Below are positions 48,421 to 62,969 of a DNA stretch of 64,000 bases, piece after piece (the first letter of the stretch is position 1; each line of letters starts with the position of its first letter). The position numbers and the translations under genes were made by a program. Below the pieces are notes generated by a model that worked only from the letters and a program-made list of their open reading frames with translations, made no database searches and was not told the origin of the DNA. Origin of the DNA: Rhizophagus irregularis (lineage: Eukaryota); contig NC_089433.1 in assembly GCF_026210795.1 (NCBI RefSeq), positions 4,402,001 through 4,466,000 on the forward strand, given 5' to 3'.

Positions 48421-49619
48421 TTTATGATCATACTATACTGAATTGCAAATATATTTACATTCTTTAATGTATTTTTAAAATTTAAATTTTTATTTAATAT
48501 TACTTAATAAAGCATTATTATTTAAAATTAAATTTAATATTACAATATAAATTTTTCTTTATTTTTCACCATACAAAAAAATTGTATATGGATTATGGAA
48601 TCTACATTTTTATATTGGTAATACACTAATGATTTATGAAATTGGCCGTAAAAGTCACAAATTAGACAAATGTAACCAAAAATTGGCTATTCAATTTTTT
48701 GCCAATTTTTACTTATTCTGATTCTTTTTTTAACGCATTTATTTATTAAGTTCATAAATGATTACATAATTAACATACTTATTCTGATAATAGGCAGTAT
48801 ATATAAAGTAAATTGCATGTATACAAAAGGTTAACAATAAATGTGAATAAATGAAACTTAATAAATAAATGCAATGTATAAAACATTATAAATTAATGAA
48901 ATACATTAGTATTAAAAAACAGATGCTTAAATATTGGAATGTATTGTGTCTTTTAATTATATGAAATGTGGAAAAACTTTTAAATGGCCTGGAATTTCAT
49001 GATATGTATTCTATTTATAATAAATATTTGAATTTAATTAAGTACTTTAAAATGTGGAATATTAAAAAATATGGAGATTTTATTTTTTTAAGCATACAGT
49101 ATGAATATACAGTATAAAAAAAGATATATCATTTTATTGTTTCAAAATATAAATGGATTAATGGAGTTTTTTTCTTTATATAAATCATGTTATTTACAAA
49201 ATAAATATAATTTCGTCCATATTATCACTGGTCAGAATAGTCCATTTCGGCAAAATTTTAAATTGCTGAATGTTGGACAAAATTCGGTCTGACATTAGCC
49301 GATCAGTACCAAAAAAATCGGCAACTAATTTTATAGGCGATTTGCACCGTAACGCCTGCCACTCGCAATTAGAAATTGGCAAAATTTCGGAATTAGTTAA
49401 AAAAATCGGCTGTATATATCAATAAAATTTGAACCTGCCATGCAAATGAAATTCGTCATAAACAATCGACTATTCGTCTAAAAATCGATATTGATTTAAT
49501 TTGCCGATTTGCAAAAATAAATAAAATCGACCATAATAATTTTGATGAAATTTAGCAAATTTAAGTTTTAAAACAGCGATTTTATTTCGATTGATTTACC
49601 AATTATTTTAATTAAATCG

Positions 49620-49995
49620 CAAAAATTTCCTACAAAAATAGTAAAATTTTCCTACGAAAATAATACGAAAATAATAAAAATTTCCTACAACAATAATACA
49701 AAAATAATACTAAAATAATAAAAATTTCCTACGAAAATAATACGAAAATAATAAAAATTTCCTACGAAAATAATATGAAAATAATACTAAAATAATAAAA
49801 ATTTCCTACGAAAATAATACGAAAATAATACTAAAATAATAAAAATTTCCTACGAAAATAATACGAAAATAATACTAAAATAATAAAAATTTCCTACGAA
49901 AATAATACGAAAATAATAAAAATTTCCTACGAAAATAATACGAAAATAATATTAAAATGATAAAATTTCCTACGAAAATAATACGAAAATGATAA
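49620..49995. repeat. AT-rich subterminal tandem repeat
   Basis: AAAATTTCCTACGAAAATAATACG units. Confidence 0.9.
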
Positions 49996-50118
49996 AAAAA
50001 TCCAATCCACAATTCCACAAAAAAACCCATAATTTTCAAAAAAAAAATCAAAAAAAAAACTGACGAATCAATCCAAAATTTGAAAAAAAGTTAGTATAAC
50101 AAAAACTCAAAACAAAAA

Positions 50119-52359
50119 TTAAAGTACAAATTTATACCATTTGTCTGTTTCATCTTCTGTTTCCGGCGATTCTTCCACTCCAATTGGTTCCGATTCATTC
50201 ACTCCCATTGGTTCCGATTCTTCTGTTGGTTCTGATTCTTCCATTCCAGTTGGTTCCGAATCTTCTATTACCTCTATTTCGTCCATCTCCGCCGACACTT
50301 CCACATCTTCCGCCATTATAAGATTATCCATCGTTTGAATCAGCGTTTCCGGCTCAAAAAAGTTAGTATCGGCCAGCGTATTCTGCTCCATGTAGGTCCA
50401 ATTTGGAGCACCTCGTGGATGACGAGAGACGATATTATATATCTCATCATCATAATTTCACGTTCGTATCAGTTGTGCAGATTGAAGAGAGAAAGCGTGT
50501 TGGTCCAAGATATTTCGTAATAAATCTATTAACTATTATTAGAAAAAAAATCAATCCTATTACAAAAAAAATAAAACAAATAAAAAATAAAAAATAAAAA
50601 TACGACAAATAAGTTATCGAACCTCTTCAGATCTCCAAGACGGATTATAAACATTGATATGTCTTTTACCGTCTGGTTGCTCCTCATCCGATTCAGAATA
50701 CTCTGGAGAGTGATATCGGTTGTCGCTTAAAACATTCAAAAGTTCTTTTCGATCATAATTCTCCAGTTTTTCATCATTTTTGTCGAAAAGCAATTTTGCG
50801 CCTTTAACTCGTAGTGCTTTTTTCTATATTTAAAGTTTTGACGAATGATGAGATTTTTTTTTTTGAAATAATAAAGAAATTATTTACCTCATTTAACCGA
50901 TTGTTTCGATGTAGACGATGATTATCTTTGTCTAAAGTGCCGCGTTGTTTATATAACAAACGCACTCTGCAATGTTTATGTAAAGCGGCAAGCTAAGACT
51001 TGACTTGCCTGTATCGTGGAGTATATCTAGGCTTCATCGCTTCAATTAATCGAGGTATAATCTGTCGAAGAATTTCATCATTCGACTCACTGCTAAACTT
51101 TTCATCGTATATTAATTCTAGTTCAATCGGAAAAGTTTTTAGAATCGTCTTCATCTCGGCCTAAATTGAACAAAATATCGGTTTAGCGAGCGTTAAAAGC
51201 ATACATTGAAAGAGGATTTTTGAACGAACCCTAGCTTCTTCTTCATCTACTTCCATTTCATCTCCAGAATCGTGTACCGTATTTTTTCCTTTCCTACGCT
51301 TTGTTGGTCATTGATCCTCTTCAAATTCGATATCTTGAAGGTCAGATGAATGTCGGTGATGCAATCCGTCATTTTCCTGACTAAGTATATTGTTATACGA
51401 TTGTAATTTGCCAATGTCTAGCCGTAGGTCACGCAACTCGCCATTTGCATTATCGAGTTGCCGATTTAATTCGTCGATTCTTCCCTGTAAGTAGGCATTT
51501 TCTTCTCGGAGATCATACGTTTCTAAAAAAACGTTAAAGTCGACCAGAACTCTAAAATGAATACAAAAGTCAATTGTAGCTCACCATTTACATCTCTAGT
51601 CCAATTACTACTATAAGGTTCACGTATAATTGGCGTTGATTCTCTCCTATATGGTTCGGCGGTGCGTACATTGCTCCTATACGGTTCGACGGTGCGTACA
51701 TTGCTTCTATACGGTTCGGTGGTGTGTGTAATGGGCGTTAATTCCCTATGTACATTGCTCCTATACGGTTCGGTGGTGTGTGTAATAGGCGTTAATTCCC
51801 TATGTACATTGCTCTTATACGGTTCGGCTGTGCGTGTAATGGGCGTTAATTCCCTATGTACGGTTACATTACGAATTGGTGGTACCACCCTGCTTTGTTG
51901 CGAGTACAAGCTGGATGGTACCACTAAGCGAAATGGCCCATTATCTTCCGAAGCTTCTGGTATCGACGTTTGTTTTTGAGTTTTGGTAGAACTGGAACCA
52001 GAAGCTGCGGAATTCTGTTTTGACGCTTGTTTTTAAGTTTTGATAGTACCGGAACTGGAAGCTGCGGAATCCTGTTTCGACGCTTGTTTTTGAGTTTTGG
52101 TAGTACCAGAACCGGAAGCTGCAGAATCCTGTTTCAACGCTTGTTTTTGAGTTTTGTTAGAACTGGAACCGGAAGCTGCGGATTCTTGTTTTGACGCTTG
52201 TTTTTGAGTTTTGGCAGAACCGGAACCGGAAGTTGCGGATTGTTGTTTTGATATCAACGTTTGTTTGGGAGAATCGAAACTTACAAATTCCTGTGAAGAA
52301 GTTTGTTTGTGAGACTCTTGATGACTTTTTTCGACACTTTTTTTTCCAGATCGTTTCAT
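50119..52359 (-). pseudogene. Second (accessory) multi-exon gene of the CACTA element, low complexity
   Basis: KTQKQASKQDSAASGSG and EPYRSNVHRELTPIT repeats, a coiled coil and an acidic tail; introns and stops are present. Confidence 0.6.
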
Positions 52360-52659
52360 TCTTTATAGAGATTTTAATAAACAGAAGAATAGTAAAATTA
52401 GTAAATAAAGTAGAACTTTCTTTCAAAATGACGAAAAATATTGTTCGATTTATATAAAAGTTGATCAATATAAAAATGTATTGCAGATTTTATAAAAATT
52501 ACGAGAATTGTTTATCGAAAAAATAAAATTATTTTTGCGAAAAAAATTCGATTGATGGAGCTTTATAAATTCAAAATAAGCTTTCCTGGGAAAAAGTTTA
52601 TTTGATAAAAATAAAACTGAAATTTGATTTATAAGTTAATTAATCGTTAAAAAAAGTCT

Positions 52660-53305
52660 AATCGAAATTAGACTTTTATTAAATCAATTACTAAAGGATC
52701 AATTTAACCGAAATATTCAAATTAATTAAAAAAATTTCTCATGATTGAAAATTTAATTAAATCGACTAAATCAAAATCTCGAAATTAGATTTTATTAAAT
52801 CAATTGCTAACGGATCAATTTAACCGAAATATTCAAATTAATTAAAAAAATTTCTCATGATTGAAAATTTAATTAAATTGACTAAATCAAAATCTCGAAA
52901 TTAGATTTTATTAAATCAATTGCTAACGGATCAATTTTAACCGAAATTTTCAAATTAAAAAAATTTCTCATGATTGAAAATTTAATTAAATCGACTAAAT
53001 CAAAATCTCGAAATTAAACTTTTATTAAATCAATTGCTAACGGATCAATTTTAACCGAAATTTTCAAATTAAAAAAATTTCTCATAATTGAAAATTCAAT
53101 TAAATCGACTAAATCAAAATCTCGAAATTAAACTTTTATTAAATCAATTGCTAACGGATCAATTTTAACCGAAATTTTCAAATTAAAAAAATTTCTCATG
53201 ATTGAAAATTTAATTAAATCGACTAAATCAAAATCTCGAAATTAAACTTTTATTAAATCAATTACTAAAGGATCAATTTAACCGAAATTTTCAAATTAAA
53301 AAAAA
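52660..53305. repeat. ~117-bp tandem repeat x5-6 between the divergent CACTA genes
   Basis: Recurring CGAAATTA(G/A)A..TTTTATTAAATCAATTGCTAACGGATCAATTT. Confidence 0.9.
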
Positions 53306-53417
53306 ATTTCATAAAATTTTAATTTTCAAGAGAAAAATTGACTTCATTTGTCAAAATTTCGTTAAATTTTAAAGTACATATTAATTATAACCGATTCTTT
53401 ATCAAATTTTATAAAAC

Positions 53418-56400
53418 ATGATGAGAAGAAGATCGATTAATCAAATTATGGGTTCGGAAAGGATAGCAAACCGACTATCTTCTAGAAGGTTTAGCAAAAA
53501 AAGAACCAAAGTCCCTTGTTATTGTGACAAATGTAATGGAAAACTGGTTGTAATACGAACCAAAATGCTTCACGAAGCGGCGGAAAACACAACTGACTCG
53601 AATCTTAATAGTGGTTTGGCTTCATTGTTACTAATTAATCAAGAAGAGGATTCGACAATAACTTCGTTAGAAGAAAATCCGATAAATGAAGATATTTTGA
53701 TACCTCCATTAAATGAAGAGATTTCGGTAATAACTCCTTTAGAAGAAGATTTGACAACAATTCCATTAAATGAAAAAGATAATTCGACAACTCCAGAATA
53801 CAACGAAAATGAATATATTTTTTTACCTCGAAGCCGTACAAGAAGCTACGCAAATCGCCCACAAATTATGCTCGAACATTTGGGAACAGAAGATTTGAGC
53901 AATTCTGATTATGAACAACATACTGATACTTCTTCTTCTTCTGATGGCAATGAGTCAGATGATGGAACTTTTGCCGATACTTTTGAAAATTATTCACCGC
54001 CAGATTTTAAATCATATCAAGAGGAAGAAAAAATGACAATTGATGATAAATTTTCATGGATTTTATTGTGGATAATGACCTTTCGAAAAAAGTTCAATCT
54101 CCCTGAAACAGCGACCGAATCTCAACTAAAATTCATGAAAATAGTGTTAAAAGAAATCGGTGGAGACATTTACGATAGCTTTCCTGACTCTCTATATCTG
54201 GCAAGAATTCAACTTGGCCTGAAAGATCGTTTCTATAGTTTCGTGCCATGTCCGAAATGTCATAAATTATATAATAAAACAGACATAGACAAAATTCAAA
54301 AAAATGACAGTATCGGTATCATAAGATGCAGTCACATCGAATTTCCAAATTCTGCGTCTCGAAGGACGAAATCATGTCAAATGGTCTTGGCTGAGAGAGA
54401 GGTTAAAAAGCCAGAATTAATATATCCGTTTGTACCGATTCATCAACAATTGGAAACTCTATATCGTCGGCCTCACTTTGAACGGTTACTTCAACATTGG
54501 TCAAATCGTCGACAATTCGATAACATACTGACCAATATATATGACGGTCAAATCTGGAAAACATTCAGAGAAACTGACGATGAAAATTCAGCCAAATTTT
54601 TCTGACCAGAAGTAGCCGATTCACATCTAGGACTAATGATAAACCTTGATTGGTTCTAGCCCTACGATGGTACATTTTATAGTATCGGGGTAATTTACGC
54701 GGCTATCTGTAATTTACCTCGTGACATTCGGTTCAAGCATGAAAATTTGCTGGTTCTTAGTCTACTACCAGGACCGAACGAAGTAAGCTTGCACAAGATT
54801 AATTATTATATTGCGCCTATTGTCAATGAATTAGAGTTACTATGGAGTGGAATAACTTTAAATCGAATATTTGAGTGCCAAAATGGAAAAATATTCGTGC
54901 AGCTTTAGTACTAATTTCGTGCAATATCCCTGCTGCTCGGAAAATATGCGGACATATTTCAGCTTTGGTTTCTTGCCATCGGTGTATGAAACGAGCAAAT
55001 TATGAAGACCACCAACATAATTTTGCAGGTATGGAGGATATAGAGAATTGGTTCATTACTCGCGATTCGACCGAACATCGTCGGAATGCTCTTGCATGGC
55101 GAAGTTGCAATTCCACCAATTCAAGAAAGAATTTTGTTAGTGAAAAAGGGGTTAGGTAGTCGGAGTTACTTCGATTGCCGTACTTTGACCCAATTCGTTT
55201 TATTATTGTAGATCCAATGCACTGCTTATTCTTAGGAATTGCGAGGTGGATAATGAAGAGGATTTGGATCGATGAGGGTGTTTTAACCCCGAACGATCTA
55301 AAGAAGATTCAAGAAAAAATGAATCAATTCAAAATACCGGCTGATTTGGGACGAATTCCCGGAAATATTGAGCGCGGAGAAGGGTTTTCGAACTATACAG
55401 CCGATCAGTGGCGAATTTTCTTTATGATCTATGCAACTACCTCATTGTGGGAACATTTACCGTCAAAAGATCGAAAAATCTTGACACATTTCGTTAGAGT
55501 TTGTTCTATTTTAGTAAGCCGAATTTTAGAAATTGAATTAATGGAAGAAGCTCATGAGAGGCTAATTAAAATAATTAAGCTTATTGAAGAACACTATAGA
55601 AGAGTAAAAATTATGCCTAATCTTCACCTTTCGCTCCATTTGTGCGATTGTTCGAATGATTTTGGTCCATTATATGCATTTTGGTGTTTTTCATTTGAGC
55701 GTATGAATGGAATACTCGGTAAGATATTCTTTTTTTTTACTTTTTTACTTTATTCGGATGTTTACATTGTTAGTCTTATTTTTAATAATTTTTAAGGCTC
55801 ATTGCCAACAAGTAATAGACAAATTGAACCGGAAATAATGCGTCGGATAATGAATGATAATTGAATTGGAGATATCATTAGTTCTGACATTTAAACGAAA
55901 GGTTTAGAATTGCTTGAAGATCGACCCACAACTGGTTCAATATCGGCTGCGGACCAATTTTCTTCAGATGAACTAGAGCGGTTTTGGCTAAATGCTAAAA
56001 ACATACAGGAATCGACTATTACTGGATGCGAGCCGTTTCCTGGAGAAATGCTGAAGCCTAGTTCTGAAGCAATAATGACCGAATCAATGCTCGAACTGAT
56101 GGTTGCTTTTTATAATGCTTCTTATATCGAAATGTACAAGTTTCGCAAACCAGCAGATGAAATTATCCAAGATTCTATAACAATTCGAGTAAAGATAAAT
56201 CAATTTGGAAGATGCCGAATTGGTTCCGAAGTATTTGGCTCCGCAATGTCAGTTCGACATACAAAAAGCTCGTATGTCCTAGCCAAATTTATAACTAGTG
56301 ATGGGGAAGTCGACAGTTATCCTGGACAAATTCAATACTTCTTCAAACATACAGTCGACTTGCCAAATGGACAAATGGAACATAATTTGGCATATATTCG

Positions 56401-56641
56401 TTGGTATCGACCAGCTAGTACGAGTGAAAGTCGATATTATTTTTATATTGATGATGAAGACGAGAGCTGTAACGTCGAGTTGTGGAAATCTGAATTTTAT
56501 GATGAAAGCCGCAACTGTATTATTCCTGTACATAATATCCTTTGTCGATTTATACCATCAAAATATCGAATTTCTACTCGGAGTAATGCTATTGAATATT
56601 TGGCGATTAATCCAATTAATCACAAACTCCAAATTCGTTAA
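53418..56641 (+). pseudogene. CACTA transposase (Transposase_21/Tnp2-like)
   Basis: CPKCHKLY, YDGQIWK, NLDWF, ICNLP, IPAARKICGH, VDPMHCLFLG and FGPLYAFWCFSFERMNG; several stops/frameshifts and an intron at ~55719-55796. Confidence 0.92.
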
Positions 56642-59600
56642 TAATTAAGTGTTTTGATAAAAATCGGCCGAATTATTTTTTTTATTTTTTTAAAACATTT
56701 TTATAATTACTTGACGAGAGACACGTTTATTAGATGAAATTTCATTTTTACGAAAAGATTCTTTTGTAGTATTTTTATTATAATTACTTGACGAAAGACA
56801 AGTCGAAATTCATTTTACAATAAAATTTTCGTTAATGATTATGCACTGAATATAATAAACAATGTAAACAAAGTATAAAATTCGAATTAAAAAATAATGT
56901 TTTTACCATTTGGCAAAATTGTGTCGATTTATGTGACCAATCGGCAAAATTTACTGAATGACCTTAAAGGAACAAGTTTTCGTATAACAATCGGTATAAG
57001 TCAATTTTTCACCAAAAGACTGAACGAGTTTTCGTTTAACAATCAGTATCAGTCGATTTGTGATTGATTATACCGATTTTTGCCATTGGTCAAAAAATGT
57101 GACGAATCACATGACCAATTGGCAAAATTTATGCCGAAAGCTCTTAACGGTCGAAAGTTTTGATTTTGACCAGTGTATGTTTCTATATTTTCTATATATT
57201 TTCATATCAATTTTTATTATTTTTTTTTGCCACTATTTTATTAATATAAAATTTAAAAACAAATTTTTATAGTAATAAAAAAATTATTAAAAACACTAAA
57301 TAAATAAAAGAATTACAATGATGGAAAAAAAATTGGCTTTGACTGAAAAAGAAATAATATTCATTTAAAAAAACTGAATTTGTAATTACAAAAACTGAAA
57401 ATAACTGGATAGCTGCATCATTCATTCCAAGAGAATGGGAATAGAAAAATTATTATTAATACAAACTAAGTTTTTTTGTAAAAAAAGTGATTAAAATTTC
57501 ATTAACCAGAAAATTATATTAGCAATAAAGAATTGTGTATAATATGACCTGACCACCAATCAAATAACATGGACAGATCATGTTACATACAGATGGTGGC
57601 CTAAATGATCTGGCCACTTTTCAAAATTAAAAAATTTTTATATGTTTTATAAAATGAAAATAAAAATTTAACATGTTTATTACGCCCTCCTTTATTGAAT
57701 TTTACAAAAATTTAATAATTAATTCTATTTCCATTCGTGGAAATAACAGCATTGACCCTCTGAGGCATACTATCAATTAATTTTCAATAATATTCAGGAG
57801 GGAGATCATTCCATGCAACCTTGACGTATACTTAACATTATCATCATATCTAATATTTTATTAAAATCAATACAAACTATTATATTTATATTTATCTTTA
57901 TATTATTACCACTTAACATGTTACAGGATTAATTCATTTTGATCATTAAATATAATATTTCTTTAATAAAACTAATAAACTCAAAATAAACCATAAAATT
58001 TATTATTTGATAAATATACAAAATACAAATCAACTTTTTAATATAAACCCTATTATATTACTTAAAATATATATAAATAATTACTGAATAATGCAATAAT
58101 TATATTATAACTCACTAACAATACCAAATTACCCTAGTTTTATTATTTAATTAATAGTTTGTTTTTTTATTTTGTAGGCAGTCAGTTCTTCAGATTTTGA
58201 GAGGTGAATATTGAGTTTTTTTTTAAAAAAAAAAATCTTTTTTTAATGAAACAATTACTAATATTTCATTATTTTCCTTTTTTTTAAGCATTTTAAAGTG
58301 GTATCAGATTTATTTTTTATAATTCTTTTTTTTAACGAAATGATCATTAATATTTCGTTACTTTACTTTCTTTCAGATGACAGTTTTTCAAATCTTAAGG
58401 TGTATATTTATTTTGGATACTGATTAGAAGTGTTGGAATTTGGAAATGGTAAGTTTTTTTGCGAAACTAAACCATTTCTCTTCTTTTTTAATAGAAACAT
58501 TAATTAATATTTTTTTGTTTTTCTTTTAAGTTTCGAAGGATCCAATTAGAAAGTTTCCCTTGATATATACTTTTGGAATTAGATTAGTATAGTTTTAGTA
58601 TAGATTGATTTCAATAATTATTAATTTATTAATGTAATAAAATTATGCTATTATTCGATGAGTGATAATATTTAGGCTACTCAAAAATTAAATAAAAAGC
58701 TACCTATAAATTGCTTAATAACAGCCTAATTACATAAATATTTAGTTACCTATAAGTATTGTAAAAGCTGCTATTATTAAATTATTGGACTATTTATAGG
58801 GAATTTATAGGTCACTTATTTATAATTCATTAAGCTACCTATAACTTTTACAAATTTTCACTTAAAAGCTGCTTATCAAAAAAAATTAAGTTACCTTCAA
58901 GGTAACCTAATTGTATTATTTAGATTAAAATTTGTGTCTGCTATTAGTTGGAATTTAGGTAATTAGTAGGTAACCTAGCAGTATTAAATTATTAGGTTTT
59001 AGTAAAGTTCTCCTTTTAGAATTATTTGAACACTAGGGATAGAGTAGTAAATATTTTATAAATTTCTTAGTTTGTAATTTAAATAATCTTATTATTAAAT
59101 AATTTATATTTAATTCAATGTATAAATTAAAAATGAATAACGTAAAATTTTTTATATTTATCTCAATAGATGATTGTATTTAATTTGTATTGTTGACTTT
59201 TATTTTTAATACTGTATTATTTAAATATTTTGGTTAACATAGGAAATACACCAAGGACATCTGGATTATATGATGCATTCATCAGTAAATTTTTTAGCAT
59301 ATGGTTCTAGAAGCTGATAATTTGCAGGTTCCTTAAAGTCTTTTAATAAATTATAAAGTTCTTTAAGGTTTCTATAATCAAGGATTTCCAATAAAAAGTT
59401 CTTTAAAAAAATTTTAATCTTTAGGAATCATTAAAATTACGTTTTTACGATCAAACTAATAGTGTATCGCATGATATAATACAATCTTTTCGATCTTTTT
59501 TTTAAACTTTTTCAAATAAACTTTCATTCTCCCTCTTTCCATTTTCTTCATCCTTTCCTCTTTTCTTACTGTTTCCTTCACCCTCATTTACTCTCTTTCC

Positions 59601-59992
59601 TTCTCTCATCCTCTCTTTCCGTTTCTTAACCAGTCATATATAGTATATGAATATATGTGATATATGTGAGTGACTTCAACAAAACTTTAGACATAATGTT
59701 GATGTTGACTAATGAACGTTTTGTTTTTTTTCCTTTTTTTAGATGACAGGTTTTTTGGATATTTGAGCAAAACTTTTGTCAAGTAAAAAATATTAATGAA
59801 CATTACTAACTGTTCGTTTCTCTCAAGTAAAAGAATTTTTTTTATATTAATAAATATTATTAACTGTTCGTTTTGTTTTCATTTTTTAGGTGATTTTTTG
59901 AATATTTCTTAATGTGAGATCAGTAAGTAAAACAATTTTTTTTTCAATTATTTTTAATACTAATAAACAATACTAATACTAATAAACAATAC

Positions 59993-60627
59993 TGTTATCT
60001 GTCAGTTTTTTATTCGCTAGGTTAATAAGCGATATATAACTTGAGGTTATGATGAGCAGAAGGATCGGTAAGGTTGGAAATCGGACTTGATCGACGCAGA
60101 TCTTATCTAAAAATTATTAATTCAAATTAAAATCCGATCAGATATGAATAAAGTATAGCTTCCCAATAGCCTATACAATCAGACGTAAATAAAGGATTTG
60201 CGCTAAACCAAAAATAATTAATAAATAAGGATAAGGTGTATAAACGAAAAATAAAATGTAAGTTTAAAAGTGTAAGGAAATATTTTTTTAGTGAATATCT
60301 TAACCGATAATTCTCTTTATTAAATTTATGACGACTCTTTTTATAACAAATTAAACACTAATTACAACATGTTAAATTTATCACATATACAAACTATATA
60401 AACTAAATAAATTATATAACATAAATTAACTATATAAAATACAATAAATATATTAAATATAATAACTATACGTAATATAACAACTATGTTAGCTATGGTA
60501 ACCTTATCAAATATAACAATTATATTTACTATCTTTAACATATTGTATATGTTGAATACATTAAACATTCGCAACATAGATCATCGTCACGTTATAACTT
60601 GATCATGTGACGTTGTTCGACATAACA
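59993..60627. mobile_element. Solo LTR of a third family
   Basis: TGTTAT...ATAACA termini with perfect TSD ATAC. Confidence 0.85.
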
Positions 60628-61829
60628 ATACTAACTATTCGTTTTGTTTCCTTTTTTAGGCAATTTTTTAAATCTTTCTTAATGTGGAACTGGGGAGTAA
60701 AAAAATTTTTTGTTTTTTTTTTATATTAACGAACATCACTAACTGTTTGTTATTTCTTTTTTTAAGTGGAGTATTTATGAACATGGAATACTGGCAAGTA
60801 AAAAAAAATTTTTCAATTTTTAACAAACATTACTTGTTTGTTTGTATCTTTTTTAGGCATTCTTTTATCTGTGTCTCTCTGGACATAACCTGTAGTCTAA
60901 TTACGTTTCGGACCTCTTGTTCAACACTCATATAAACATATACGATCAGAATTTCTCAGAGGGCGTATTGTTTATAAAGAAAGAACTGGAATATAATTAA
61001 TAAAAAAAAAACGTTTCGGCGTTTTTTTTCTAATAATTTTATATGAAAAAACGCCGAAACGTTTTTTCTTAATAGTAATGCAAAAAAAAAAACGTTTTCA
61101 GCGTTTTTTTTTACATATTTGACCCATCTGACCAGAAATATTATGTAGGGTACCAACTAGCATTACTAATTGTTCATGTCTTTGTTCATAGAATGTTGGT
61201 AAAGAAAAAAGACAATAAAGACAATCAAAAGGTTGAGAAATTCAAAAGGTTGAGAAATTGATAAATTCAATTTCAACCTAGCCAGCATTACAAGTTATTT
61301 CTCATGCATTATAATTTCAGGTTGCCCTTTGCGATATTTAACCAACAAGTGTACTTTATTGAAAACAAAAGAAAAAAGTTTATAAATTTTATTGTAAATT
61401 AAATTATCATACTAAAGTATTTATCTGTCTTGAATTTATAAACAATTAGTTTTTTAACCAAATTAAAATGTTTGACTTATTTTCAATTTTTTTTTTTTTA
61501 GATAGGATAGCCCATTGGATGTGTTGGAAATTGATGGGAGAAATTTCATTATTTGAAACATCTGCTAGAATTTTAATTTTTTCTTTTTAGATGTCAGATT
61601 TCTTTAGACATATAAAGATTTAGTAGGTGAAGATTTCTTTGAATCATTTATTTTAACAAGATGTTTATTAACTACTTTATCTTAAAGATAAATATGTAAT
61701 TAATTATTTGTTTTGTTTTTCCAGTCAAAAAATTTAAACTCGGTTCACTGAACTGAGCAAATTTAATACTATTTTATATATAAATTATTATATTGAAATT
61801 TCTGTTCATTGCTCCTCTCCTTTTAATTG

Positions 61830-62969
61830 TTATATTAATTTTCTCATTTTGTTATATCTGTAAGTAGAAGGATCAAAAATACCTTTTGTTCCCCAATCAA
61901 AAACATTTCTTTCACCTTCCTCCACAACAGATCCAACATTAACATTTATAATATCAACAAATTCTACTTCATCATACTTTCTCTTTGTTCCAGAAATGCC
62001 ATCAATCTAGTATTTATTTTTACATAAATTATTTAAAGATTATAATATCAAAACAAAAATAAATTTATTAACTTACTGGAATCCCTAGAGTTCTCATTAA
62101 TTCTAATTCATATTTACTTAATTGTAAACAAAATCCACAGTTAGGTTCTACAATTGATCTTTTTTTCTTTACATAATTAAGAGCTCTATTATAAGTGCAC
62201 CCATATTGATTCATTAAATAAGCCAAAATTAATGAAGCAGAACGTGATACTCCCGCCCAACAATGAACCAGAACTCGCCCTCCATCTCGTTTTGCATCAT
62301 ATATAAATTTATTAGAAACCTATAAATTTTATAAGAATTATTATCATCCAATCAAAAATATTTATATAAATAATCATTAAAAAATTATAAAGAGTACTTA
62401 CATTAAAGAACTTTTCTATATTTTCTTCTGGTCTATCCTTAACATATAATCTTAAATATTTAGGAGATTTCCAATTGGGATACCTAATTAAAAAATAAAA
62501 CTAATAAAAAAAAAAGTTAAAATAAAATTAAATATTATTATTTAATCACTTACTTTTGTAAAAGGGAAATAGGAATCTTTGATTCAAAAAAATTTCTACA
62601 TGGTGAAATATTTATGATATGTGTAATTTTATTCTTAGCTAACAAATCACCATTGGCGCCTACTTTTGCTCCTGATAAATACAAGAAGTCTTTTAATATC
62701 ACTGATGGCTTTCTAGCTTTATGGGCTGATGCCAAGGCAATTCGAGATAGACTTTTTTCCTAAAAAAAAAAATTAAATATTTTAATTTAAATATTTAAAT
62801 CCAAATTTATGTTTGGAGTTACATTACATACATTAATAGAAGTTCTAAATCGAGGTACTGTTAATCCTCCAATAACCTGATTTGGATATATAGGTCCAAA
62901 ATAAATGTTATTTGCAACCTCTTTTTTGACATTTTCAGTAGTAATAGTTTTAGTAGCAAGATCAGGCAT
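61830..62969 (-). CDS. Dual-specificity protein phosphatase, 5 coding exons (approx. 62969-62832, 62759-62554, 62483-62402, 62319-~62077, ~62007-61830)
   Basis: Spliced product has FLYLSG, ITHIINIS, VLVHCWAGVSRSASLILAYLM (HCx5R) and RSIVEPNCGF; introns are canonical GT-AG. Confidence 0.92.

Larger units (their letters stand above)
49226..57175 (+). mobile_element. CACTA/EnSpm (CMC) DNA transposon, decayed
   Basis: TIRs CACTGGTCA..TGACCAGTG, 3-bp TSD TAT/TAT, a Tnp2-type transposase and a second divergent gene. Confidence 0.92.

Noticed and set aside
58132..59038. MITE with CCCTAGT/ACTAGGG ends
   Set aside because: Only a 7-bp inverted match and no clear TSD.
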